A stretch of 64,000 nucleotides of DNA from Burkholderiales bacterium. GTDB taxonomy: Bacteria > Pseudomonadota > Gammaproteobacteria > Burkholderiales > Usitatibacteraceae. The translations under genes were made by a program, and so were the position numbers. Location: contig JANNWG010000030.1 of the NCBI GenBank assembly GCA_031414695.1, positions 20,130-84,129 of the forward strand, written 5' to 3'. Below the pieces are notes generated by a model. That model saw only the letters and a program-made list of their open reading frames with translations. It was not told where the DNA came from and searched no databases. Position 1 is the first letter of the stretch; each line of letters begins with the position of its first letter. This document shows, in pieces, positions 55,461 through 64,000 of the stretch.

Positions 55461-58214
55461 ATGAAAATCAGACACACTAAAATCGCCGCGTCACTTATGG
55501 CGGTAGGCCTATTAAGTTCAGCAGGTTCCGTTTTTTATGCTGCCTCGTCACACGCGCAACAAACAGTCGCTACAGTAGATAAAATTGAAGTCACTGGCTC
55601 ATTAATTAAACGCGTTGAAGGTGAGACAGCATTGCCAGTGGTGGTCATATCACTGGATGAGCTTGCTAAGGCAGGTGTGACCAACGCTGAACAAGCTATC
55701 AAACTCATCACGCAACAACAAGGTGGCACGGTGACATCCGCTTCTGTAAGTGGAACCAACGGTGCAGCTTCTTATGCCAACCTCCGTTCCCTTGGCGCAC
55801 AGCGCACACTGGTACTCTTGAATGGCAAGCGCATCGTCAGCAACCCTTTTGCTAGCGTTGCCGTTGATTTGAATACCTTACCGCTGGTGGCATTGAAGCG
55901 TATCGAAGTACTCGTTGATGGTGCGTCCGCCACTTATGGTACCGATGCGATTGCCGGCGTGATTAATTTCATTACGCATAAAGACTATCGCGGTGCTACG
56001 GTAAGCGCAGAAATGCAGTTGCCAGAAAAGTCTGGTGGTGAAATTTATAAGACTGATATCCTCGGCGGCATTGGTGATATGGTCAAACAGGGCTGGAATG
56101 TCAACGTCGGTTTCTCAGCGCGTCAAGGCAAAGAAATGTTCGGTACAGATCGCGATTTTTCGCGCTCGTCATTTATCCCTGAGTTTGGCTTGAACGCGTT
56201 GAGCCCAACTACCTTTCCTGCCAACTATACGCAGGGTACGTTGGTCACCAATCCCTCTATCCCGACTTGTCTGTCGCCAACCTCCCTCTATACCCCGCAA
56301 GGTAATGGTATCGGCTTAGGCGCAACACGCTGCGGCGCAGACACTCAGGCGTTTACGTGGACTATCCCCCAACAAAAACAGTGGACAGCCTATGTTCGCG
56401 GTGCCTTAGCACTCGGTGCGAATCACACCGCCTCCCTTGAGTACTTTAAGTCCAACAATATCGTTCGCACCCAAATCGCACCGTCCCCTGAAGGTGGTCT
56501 CACCATGGGACCCGATAGTCCGTTTTATCCAGGTAATGGCATCACCCCCATTACTGATCCCGCACTGAACCGCGCAGCAACGATCTCAATTGGCTGGAGA
56601 ACCACCGTACTGGGTGCGCGACGAGGCGAGCAAGAGAACAATACTGAGCGCGCGGCTGCGTCCTTAGAAGGCACGTTTGCTGGCTGGGATTATCAAACTG
56701 CTGGCTTGTGGTCAAGGTCGAAAGTTGAAAACTATTTTCTGAATGGTTATCCAACAACAGCAGCGATGCTTAATGGCGTTCGTGGTACTAACGGCGCACC
56801 GTTTTTAAACCCATTCGGCGCGCAAACTGCAGCGGGACTTGCTTATTTGCAAGCCAACCAGGTGCTTGGTCTTGTGCAGTCTGGCGAAGGCAAGCTATCG
56901 AGCATTAGTGCCAACGCTTCACGCCCACTATTCGACTTGGTTGGTGGCGCAGCAATGTTAGCAATCGCGACTGAATTCCGTAAAGAGGAGATGATCTACA
57001 AGACAGACATACCAAAAGTCAGCCAAGCCGCATCTTCTGGTCTCGCGGGGTCGGGCGCACTTCGCGTGGGTGATCGCGATATCAAAGCACTCGCGGCTGA
57101 ATTCAGCCTGCCGCTACTTAAGAATCTTGAGCTTTCACTTTCAGTTCGTCACGATAGATATAGCGACTTTGGTAGCACAACCAATCCAAAAGCGGCCATC
57201 CGTTTCACGCCTTACAAAGACTTGCTGTTACGTACTTCTTACAACGAAGGCTTTACGGCGCCAACATTGACGCAGCTGTACTCACCAAACTCTACGACGT
57301 TTACCGGTGGCGCATACAATGATCCACAGCTATGCCCGAATGGTGTGGTTAATCCTGCTGCGGGTGGTTTGGCGAGCCGTGATTGCCGCATTCAGTTTCA
57401 GCAGCAACAAGGCGGTAATACCCAGTTAACACCTGAAAAATCGAAAGCGTGGACACTAGGATTTGTTTATCAAATTACGCCTCGATTCTCATTCGGATTG
57501 GATCAGTGGTTCTATCGAGTCACAAACAATATCAGCACCTTGGGTGAAAACACTATTTTTGGTGATTCTGTGACCTACGCTAATTTGTTCGTGCGATGCA
57601 GCCGCGCACCGGCAGCACTTCAGGCTTCAATTGGTGCCTGCCGTGTGCCAGGAGGTGATCCTCTTGCTTTTATTATCAACACCAACCAAAACTTAGGCGA
57701 CACCTATACGCGAGGTGTTGATTTACAAGCAAATTGGCAAAGTGAAGCTACACCGTATGGCACGTTTACGACTAGTGTTCGCTCAACATATGTCACCGAC
57801 TACCAATTCCAAGTGTTAAAAAATGGCACCTACTTTAATCCGGTCGGCAATTACAACGCGAATTTTGGTGGCCCAGTGGTTAGGTATCAACAAGTTACCA
57901 ACATCGGCTGGCAAATCGGCAAATGGAACGCAAATTTGTTGAATCGCTTTCAAACGGGTTATCGTGATCAGAATGGTGGCTCGGTCGCACCAGCGTTCAG
58001 AAATAACACGGTTAAGTCCTACTCGATTTTTGACTTATCCGTTATTTACACTGGGTTCAAAGGCCTGACTTTACAAGGTGGTATCTTAAATCTTGTAAAC
58101 GAAGATCCACCTTTTACTAATCAAACAGCTCGCTTCCAAGCGCGTGCATATGATGATCGTGTCCACAATCCGCTTGGTCGTGTGTACACCGTTTCGGCGA
58201 AGTACAACTTCTAA
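55461..58214 (+). CDS. TonB-dependent receptor 3
   Basis: Signal peptide from MKIRHTKIAASL. IEVTGSLIKR, NLRSLGAQRTLVLLNGKR and SATYGTDAIAGVINFI. Terminal ...SAKYNF. AGGA RBS before ATG 55461. Confidence 0.9.
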   Translation: MKIRHTKIAASLMAVGLLSSAGSVFYAASSHAQQTVATVDKIEVTGSLIKRVEGETALPVVVISLDELAKAGVTNAEQAIKLITQQQGGTVTSASVSGTNGAASYANLRSLGAQRTLVLLNGKRIVSNPFASVAVDLNTLPLVALKRIEVLVDGASATYGTDAIAGVINFITHKDYRGATVSAEMQLPEKSGGEIYKTDILGGIGDMVKQGWNVNVGFSARQGKEMFGTDRDFSRSSFIPEFGLNALSPTTFPANYTQGTLVTNPSIPTCLSPTSLYTPQGNGIGLGATRCGADTQAFTWTIPQQKQWTAYVRGALALGANHTASLEYFKSNNIVRTQIAPSPEGGLTMGPDSPFYPGNGITPITDPALNRAATISIGWRTTVLGARRGEQENNTERAAASLEGTFAGWDYQTAGLWSRSKVENYFLNGYPTTAAMLNGVRGTNGAPFLNPFGAQTAAGLAYLQANQVLGLVQSGEGKLSSISANASRPLFDLVGGAAMLAIATEFRKEEMIYKTDIPKVSQAASSGLAGSGALRVGDRDIKALAAEFSLPLLKNLELSLSVRHDRYSDFGSTTNPKAAIRFTPYKDLLLRTSYNEGFTAPTLTQLYSPNSTTFTGGAYNDPQLCPNGVVNPAAGGLASRDCRIQFQQQQGGNTQLTPEKSKAWTLGFVYQITPRFSFGLDQWFYRVTNNISTLGENTIFGDSVTYANLFVRCSRAPAALQASIGACRVPGGDPLAFIINTNQNLGDTYTRGVDLQANWQSEATPYGTFTTSVRSTYVTDYQFQVLKNGTYFNPVGNYNANFGGPVVRYQQVTNIGWQIGKWNANLLNRFQTGYRDQNGGSVAPAFRNNTVKSYSIFDLSVIYTGFKGLTLQGGILNLVNEDPPFTNQTARFQARAYDDRVHNPLGRVYTVSAKYNF

Positions 58215-58280
58215 AGATATCAATCCTACAATGAGGGCAACTTATCGCTTCAAGTAAACATCAACAACATAGTGTTAACC

Positions 58281-58320
58281 AAATGGGGCGCGCAAGTCCC
58301 CATTTGTGTTTATTTTGTTT
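58281..58320 (+). terminator. rho-independent terminator after TBDR3
   Basis: AAATGGGG-CGCGCAAGT-CCCCATTT followed by GTGTTTATTTTGTTT. Resembles the TBDR2 terminator. Confidence 0.7.
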
Positions 58321-58359
58321 ACGAAGTTGACATGAAATTAGTGATAGATTGCAGCGCTT

Positions 58360-59730
58360 ATGGGTAAACTCTTTCTTAAGTTGTGGTTGTTAGTATTATT
58401 AACGTCGCTGACTTCTTTTCAGATTCAGAAGCACGTTTTTGATTGGTCATCGACAGCTAGCGCTACGGCAAGCGCGCATGAACGCTTTCGTCGTGCCTAC
58501 GTGCTGATCGAAGAAGTGCTAGCGCCTTTTCCGCGATCAGAGTGGCAAGCGCGATTTGAAAAATTAAAATCTCGCATTGGCACTACTGAAGATTTTTTAG
58601 GGCCATCAAAGCTACTCAGCATCCAAGATTTAATGCAGTTAAATAAATTTAGTGAGGTGGAAGGAGCAGCCATTCGTGAAAATAAACTCATCTCACGAAA
58701 TTCGCCTGATGGCCTGAGCTACGAAGTGTTCCACACCATTCTTGACACAGATATGGTGGTGGTGTTGAAAGCCCCAATGGGTCTCCAAAAGCCGATGCTT
58801 ATTGCTGGAGTATTTACCACCACGCAATTTACGTGGCTAGTTGAATCGTCTCTTTATGCATTAGCAATTTATGTTTGGCTTAGATTGTTTCGACGCGATA
58901 TGCTGACGCTTGAAAAAGCGGCAGCGCGAGTAGGCGAAGGGCATTTTGATTTCCATATTGATATTGAGCGCGGGGCAGCACTGCACCCACTAGCTGACTC
59001 ACTTAATAAAATGAAAGAGCGCATCAGTTGCCTAATGAGCTCACATAAGCAACTCACGAATGCTATTTCACATGAATTTCGTACACCCATTACGCGCTTA
59101 CGTTTTCGACATGAGCTGGCGATGGAGGCTGATACGTTGGCGAAAAAAGATGGTGAGCTAGAACGGATGAATACCGCGATAGATCAGCTTGATGAGTTGT
59201 CAACGGAGCTGCTGGAATATGCGAGGCTTGACCGTGAATCACCCGCTCTTGATATCGCGACCATTGACGTAGCAGCATGGTTGGATGAGCTTGTTACTGA
59301 GGCTAATGAGCTTGCACACACAATGGCTTACGCAGTTACTGTAGTGGCTATTCCAACTGTTGACAATGTTGATGGTGACTACCGTTATTTAAGCCGTGCA
59401 GCATCCAATCTATTGCGTAACGCGATGCATTATGCAAAGTCACGCGTTGAGATTCGTGTAGAGCAACGCGCATTGGGTTATGTGCTGATGGTTGATGATG
59501 ATGGCCCAGGTATTCCAGATGCTGAACGAGAAATACTTTTTGAGCCATTCGCGAGGCTAGATCAGAGCCGCAGTCGTGATTCAGGAGGGTTTGGTCTTGG
59601 TCTTGCTATTGTTAAGCAAATCGCGCGCTGGCATGGCGGTAGTGTGAGCATTACTGATGCAACTTTAGGCGGTGCGCGCTGTCAAATGTGTTGGAAAAAT
59701 GCATCTAAAAGCCAAGTTTTTAACGTCTAA
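58360..59730 (+). CDS. sensor histidine kinase 2 (paralog of 52916..54280)
   Basis: Same architecture as kinase 1. H-box SHEFRTPITRLRF, NLLRNAMHYA, DDDGPGIP, GGFGLGLAIVK. Confidence 0.85.
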   Translation: MGKLFLKLWLLVLLTSLTSFQIQKHVFDWSSTASATASAHERFRRAYVLIEEVLAPFPRSEWQARFEKLKSRIGTTEDFLGPSKLLSIQDLMQLNKFSEVEGAAIRENKLISRNSPDGLSYEVFHTILDTDMVVVLKAPMGLQKPMLIAGVFTTTQFTWLVESSLYALAIYVWLRLFRRDMLTLEKAAARVGEGHFDFHIDIERGAALHPLADSLNKMKERISCLMSSHKQLTNAISHEFRTPITRLRFRHELAMEADTLAKKDGELERMNTAIDQLDELSTELLEYARLDRESPALDIATIDVAAWLDELVTEANELAHTMAYAVTVVAIPTVDNVDGDYRYLSRAASNLLRNAMHYAKSRVEIRVEQRALGYVLMVDDDGPGIPDAEREILFEPFARLDQSRSRDSGGFGLGLAIVKQIARWHGGSVSITDATLGGARCQMCWKNASKSQVFNV

Positions 59731-59789
59731 CAACAGCTAACTAAAATTTGAGCTTTAGACAGAATAAATATAACCACCTAGGAATAACT

Positions 59790-60527
59790 GTGAACGCAAT
59801 GTTAGCCCCAACACATGCCGAAACCAACACTGTTAAGGTGTTACTGATTGAAGATGATATTGAGTTAAGTGATGCCATTAGCGACTACTTAACGCGCCAC
59901 GATATGCAAATGAGCCGCGAAACGCGCGGTGATTTGGCGCTCGCCAAAATAGCCAGTGAGCAGCCAGATTTAGTCATATTGGATGTCATGCTGCCAGGCA
60001 AAGACGGCTTCGATATTTGCCGTGAATTACGCGCCAGTGGTAATCAAGTGCCGGTCATTATCCTGACTGCGCGCGAGGAAGATTTTGATCAAGTGCTAGG
60101 CTTAGAGCTTGGTGCAGACGACTACTTAGCCAAACCGATTCAGCCGCGTGTATTACTCGCACGCATTAAGGCGATACTGCGTCGCGCCTGTCACAACGAG
60201 TCAGCAAATGACATTGAAAATTGTTTGCAATTTGGCCGCTTAAAAATACACGGCGTTAATCGTGAAGTGATGCTGGGCGAGAACCGTATCGAATTAACGC
60301 CCGCTGAATTTGACTTGTTGTGGCTGCTCGCCAGCAATGCGGGTACGGTCATGCATCGTAATGATATTTTAAAGTCACTACGCGGATTGCATTACAGCGG
60401 CGGTGATCGTTCCGTTGATGCGCGTCTTTATCGGCTACGTCGCCGCTTTGGTGAAGAGCGCGAATCCGCATGGAAAATTAAAACTGTGCGTCCACATGGC
60501 TATATGTTTTGTTTAGAGCCTTGGTAG
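59790..60527 (+). CDS. OmpR-family response regulator 2 (paralog of 54358..55095)
   Basis: AGGAA lies 5 nt before GTG 59790. ATG 59799 is an alternative start and the listed ORF starts at 59748. Long identical blocks are shared with regulator 1. Confidence 0.85.
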   Translation: MNAMLAPTHAETNTVKVLLIEDDIELSDAISDYLTRHDMQMSRETRGDLALAKIASEQPDLVILDVMLPGKDGFDICRELRASGNQVPVIILTAREEDFDQVLGLELGADDYLAKPIQPRVLLARIKAILRRACHNESANDIENCLQFGRLKIHGVNREVMLGENRIELTPAEFDLLWLLASNAGTVMHRNDILKSLRGLHYSGGDRSVDARLYRLRRRFGEERESAWKIKTVRPHGYMFCLEPW

Positions 60528-60668
60528 GTGAAATTTGGAATGACGTTAGGGGACTACTATAAATTCCGTCATTCCCGCGTAGTGACGTAACTGCGCGATA
60601 ACGACGGATATTTTGAATTTATAGAAGCACCCATTAAAATTAATTTAACATCAGAATTTGAAAACATT

Positions 60669-61004
60669 ATGAAAATCAACATGTACTTTATCGCAGCCTC
60701 AATTAGTCTAGCTGCACTCAGTTACGGCGCTAACGTTTATGCAAGTGAGGCGTTAGGCAAAAAAGCATCAGTCAGTACCCAATTGAGCATATGGTTATCG
60801 CGCTTATTATCTGAAAAAATAACGGCACCAAGCGTGACGCACAAAGCACAGCAAACAAACTCATTGTGTGACTCAAAAGACCTGCCAACGCGCGCTTGCG
60901 ATAACGCACCACCGCCTGTGTTACCAACACCGCCAAGAGATGTTGGCGCAGAGCCATGCGTTGGTAGGCAGTGTCCAGATGGCTCAGAGCCCATCGATAT
61001 TTAA
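60669..61004 (+). CDS. possible small secreted Cys/Pro-rich protein (111 aa)
   Basis: Clear signal peptide (MKINMYFIAASISLAALSYGANVYA). The mature part has 4 Cys and a Pro-rich tail. No family recognised. Confidence 0.4.
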   Translation: MKINMYFIAASISLAALSYGANVYASEALGKKASVSTQLSIWLSRLLSEKITAPSVTHKAQQTNSLCDSKDLPTRACDNAPPPVLPTPPRDVGAEPCVGRQCPDGSEPIDI

Positions 61005-61066
61005 CAATATTTGACGTAGGGCGCGCCATGCGCGCCAATAAATTACGCCGCGACAGGTGCGTTTGG

Positions 61067-63946
61067 TTAGTGTAATGATCTAACTGATAAATCCATTTTT
61101 CTTTTTTGGATAGCATCATAGCGGCGTGTGATTTCTGCAATGCGCTCTGCGGCGCTTTTATCACCTAATTGCAATTCAATCTGCGCGCGTATGAGTAGGC
61201 TTTGTTGGGTGAGTGGATGATTTTGTCCTAATGACTTTTCAATTACGCTAGATGCTTTAGTTGATATCGGTAGCGCATCAGGATTGACGCCTGATAGCAA
61301 TAGTATCTGTGCGTAGCGTGTCTCTGCTGAGGCGCGCCAAAAATGCTTTGTGGGCAATATATTTTGTATGTTTACGATTGCCTGTTTCGCCAGTGCTAGT
61401 GCAGCATCAATGTCGCCGTTGAGCCTGCGCGTATTGGCGCGATCCATTTGTATCATGCTCACAGCAATAGAGTTGGCGGATGTGCCGCCGGGTAGTGCTT
61501 GCTGCCATTTGTCCAGTGCTGTTAGTGCTGAAGCCCAAGCGGCGCGATGCATGGCCTCAACATATACTGCACGCCAGTAAAATGGCGTTCCAGCATTGCC
61601 TTTTTCGATGAGCATGGTCGCTTGATTTAATTTTTCACGCGCGCTGTCTGCTTGACCCATTTGTAAATATGCGAGCGTCTGGTAAGTGAGTATGTTTATT
61701 GATCTACGCGCAACTGGATGTGCAGATTGACGCTCAATGTCGCTAGCCTCACCCAAATATTTAATCGCATTGGTATAGCTGCCTGCTTCAATTGCGGCTT
61801 GTGCGGTAATGAGTAGCAATTGTGGATACATCACGTTGGTAACGCCAAAAAAAACTTTAAATTGCGGCAATAATTTTGCGTAATGCGCCTCAGCGGCACG
61901 CGGATTGCCCAGATACCATAAGAGTGAACCTTGCATCACTTTGTACTGGAGTCGATCTTTAGTCTCAGGGATGGCGTCAATAATGGCATCCGTAAAATAA
62001 CGTTGTGCAATATCGTTTGCCTGTTGCTGGCGGTCAGCAGATAGCAAAATATCGAGCACATTGTGGGTGATCTTGGTTCTAAGCGGATTAGCGTCCGCAA
62101 GATTTGCCATTAAAAATGTGTGCTGCGTCAACGCAATATCTGCGGCCTCCTGATACTTAGCGCGATACACATGCATCTGCGCTTTTGTCAGCATCGCGAG
62201 CGCGTATGGAGCCGACTCTTTTTTGTTCGCTTCAATGAGTCGTTTGAGTGCGTCATCCACAGCGGCTTCAGCAAGCGCTTGTTTGCCAAGATAGGCAAGC
62301 GTTAGAGCGTATTCGTTTCTTAATTCTGTTTCTTCTTCTGTAGTCAAATTGTAGAGCGATGGGATTAGTTTTATCATCGCTTGCTCTACTGGCTCAAGCG
62401 ATCCTGCCGCTTCTAAATCACGCAAGATTCGCTCAATTGGCTTTAGTACTTCGTATTGCAAATTAGCATCATAAGGAAACTGTTGTTTTGCAACATCAGG
62501 TGCGCGCTTAAGTAAATCTAATACCGTAATTGTTTCCACACCTGTCTTATTCGGATTTGCCTCTGCAATCAGTGTTTGCAAAAAAGTCAGTACGCGTTTC
62601 GTTCTTACTGACTCAATTTGCGTTTGTCTGGCCTGCAACGCACCAAATGCGAGGGCAGCTATTAAGGTAGTTGTCGCGAGTATGCTTACCGCGACCCCAC
62701 CACGATGTCGTTCGGTAAATTTACGCAGCACATAGATGGGTGATTGGCGCTTGGCGACAATGGGGCGCGATTCTGACCACGCCACTAAGTCGGACTGAAA
62801 TGCATCGACAGTCTTGTAGCGTCTATCGATACTTTTTTCCAGCGCCATGAGCAATATATTGTCCAAATCGTTGCGTAGGCTTGTGTGTAGTTGTTTCACA
62901 CTTGATTGCCGTGCTTCAGCGATTTTTAATAATTCGTCAGATGACAACTCACCAGTGGGTTTGAATAAGGTGCTTGGCTTAGACGGTAGCGTGTTGACAA
63001 TGGCGGAGGCGATCAATATTGAGGGCAGGGTGCGGCCATAGGGCCTCACACCCGTTAAGAGTCGATAAAGTAATACGCCCAATGAATAAACATCACTTGC
63101 AGTGGTCACGGTCTCACCACTGATTTGCTCAGGGGATGCGTACTCTGGCGTGAACGCATTCACAGATGATTTTGTTTGCGCATCAATAGGCGCGGCTTCA
63201 GCGACAAGCTTTGATATGCCGAAGTCCAGCAGCTTCACTTGACCAGATTTATCCACCATCACATTAGTCGGCTTTATATCGCGATGAATCACTGAATGCT
63301 GGTGTAAAAATGTCAGCGCATCACAGACTTGCAGCATCAGTGCCACGCGGGATTTCACATCCAGTCGTAAGCGGTCACAGTAGGTAGTAATCGGCTCCCC
63401 ATCGATTAACTCCAGCGCTAGGTAGGGCTCACCCTCATCCGAAAAACCGGCATCATAAAGCCTCGCGATATTCGGATGATCCAACTTCGATAATATGGCG
63501 GCTTCATGCAAAAGCCTGGCCTCATGTTCAGCGCGCCGCATGGTGGTGTGCAAACGTTTGATGGCCACTTGACGTGTGAAGTTGTTATACGCACGCTCAG
63601 CTAACCACACTGTGCCCATGCCGCCTTCACCGATCTGGCGAATGAGTTGGTAGGGACCCATCGTCATTGACATTGCTTTAGCTGACGTGGTGTTACCCGG
63701 CGCCATATTGAGTGAATCAGGTGAAATGGTGCGATCAAGAAAATCAATCTCATTTGCGCGCGCGTGGGCTAGGAGCAGCCTGCGTAAATGTTGGGCGACA
63801 ATAGGCTGACTAATATCTAACGCTTGCAGCCACTGTTCACGTGCCTCGCTACTCACATCGCCAAACTCAAGTGCTGAATCAAATAATTCAGCCGCACGTT
63901 TGAGCTGAATGAGCTGGTCATTTTGATTAGTCACTGTCGTATTCAT
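61067..63946 (-). CDS. Hanks-type Ser/Thr protein kinase with TM helix and a long TPR-like extracytoplasmic/C-terminal region
   Basis: GEGGMGTVW, VAIKRL, HRDIKPTN, DFGISK and APE-like TPEYASPE. TM helix GGVAVSILATTTLIAALAFGAL. About 540 aa of helical repeats follow. Confidence 0.85.
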   Translation of the reverse strand: MNTTVTNQNDQLIQLKRAAELFDSALEFGDVSSEAREQWLQALDISQPIVAQHLRRLLLAHARANEIDFLDRTISPDSLNMAPGNTTSAKAMSMTMGPYQLIRQIGEGGMGTVWLAERAYNNFTRQVAIKRLHTTMRRAEHEARLLHEAAILSKLDHPNIARLYDAGFSDEGEPYLALELIDGEPITTYCDRLRLDVKSRVALMLQVCDALTFLHQHSVIHRDIKPTNVMVDKSGQVKLLDFGISKLVAEAAPIDAQTKSSVNAFTPEYASPEQISGETVTTASDVYSLGVLLYRLLTGVRPYGRTLPSILIASAIVNTLPSKPSTLFKPTGELSSDELLKIAEARQSSVKQLHTSLRNDLDNILLMALEKSIDRRYKTVDAFQSDLVAWSESRPIVAKRQSPIYVLRKFTERHRGGVAVSILATTTLIAALAFGALQARQTQIESVRTKRVLTFLQTLIAEANPNKTGVETITVLDLLKRAPDVAKQQFPYDANLQYEVLKPIERILRDLEAAGSLEPVEQAMIKLIPSLYNLTTEEETELRNEYALTLAYLGKQALAEAAVDDALKRLIEANKKESAPYALAMLTKAQMHVYRAKYQEAADIALTQHTFLMANLADANPLRTKITHNVLDILLSADRQQQANDIAQRYFTDAIIDAIPETKDRLQYKVMQGSLLWYLGNPRAAEAHYAKLLPQFKVFFGVTNVMYPQLLLITAQAAIEAGSYTNAIKYLGEASDIERQSAHPVARRSINILTYQTLAYLQMGQADSAREKLNQATMLIEKGNAGTPFYWRAVYVEAMHRAAWASALTALDKWQQALPGGTSANSIAVSMIQMDRANTRRLNGDIDAALALAKQAIVNIQNILPTKHFWRASAETRYAQILLLSGVNPDALPISTKASSVIEKSLGQNHPLTQQSLLIRAQIELQLGDKSAAERIAEITRRYDAIQKRKMDLSVRSLH

Positions 63947-64000
63947 GCGGCATTTGGATCAAAAAATAGCATCAAAAACGCGCGCGCTTTTTGCCAATCA

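Noticed and set aside
1-64000. tRNA, rRNA, tmRNA or other structured RNA genes
   Set aside because: I scanned the intergenic regions by eye. None shows a cloverleaf-compatible arrangement or rRNA-like conservation. A covariance-model scan would be needed to be certain.

Overview
64-kb chromosomal window from a Gram-negative proteobacterium. The proteins look beta/gamma-proteobacterial, but the taxon cannot be fixed without a search.

Backbone genes, in order:
- partial parA-like gene
- oxyR plus an MFS transporter
- nupC-deoA-pncC-recA (LexA box upstream of recA), then recX
- long-form deoC plus an 816-aa double aldehyde-dehydrogenase ORF
- CorA/ZntB-like transporter, S46 peptidase, ahpC-ahpF
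- DUF502 protein, GGDEF-EAL protein, DEDD exonuclease, catalase-related peroxidase
- a secreted cell-wall enzyme pair (MurNAc-L-Ala amidase, phosphodiester glycosidase)
- an overlapping DUF2339/DUF3999 pair
- AIM24, DUF1428 and SRPBCC proteins, and a cytochrome c-P460 fusion
- three TonB-dependent receptors with two paralogous histidine-kinase/OmpR-type regulator pairs
- a TPR Ser/Thr kinase

Two stretches are accessory or decayed. At 11.1-11.9 kb there is a GIY-YIG cassette bracketed by REP hairpins and a structured hexanucleotide array. At 14.4-20.9 kb there are Bro-N and HlyD pseudogenes, a RAYT transposase flanked by inverted REPs, a higBA-like and a brnTA toxin-antitoxin pair, and a decayed brnTA copy. 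At least five REP/hairpin repeat families are scattered through the window.

I saw no rRNA, tRNA, CRISPR array, integrase or phage structural genes. I did not find a clear multi-gene defence-type novelty.

Best candidates for undescribed biology:
1. Duplicated TonB-receptor + sensor kinase + regulator units that share an upstream element.
2. An unnamed ~110-aa WWNxxESGWG module, present three times on two different cell-wall enzymes.
3. The DUF2339/DUF3999 operon.
4. A REP-derived in-frame linker inside the double aldehyde-dehydrogenase ORF.
5. A hexanucleotide array with run lengths 1-2-4-8.

All family calls come from reading motifs by eye. None has been confirmed by a database search.
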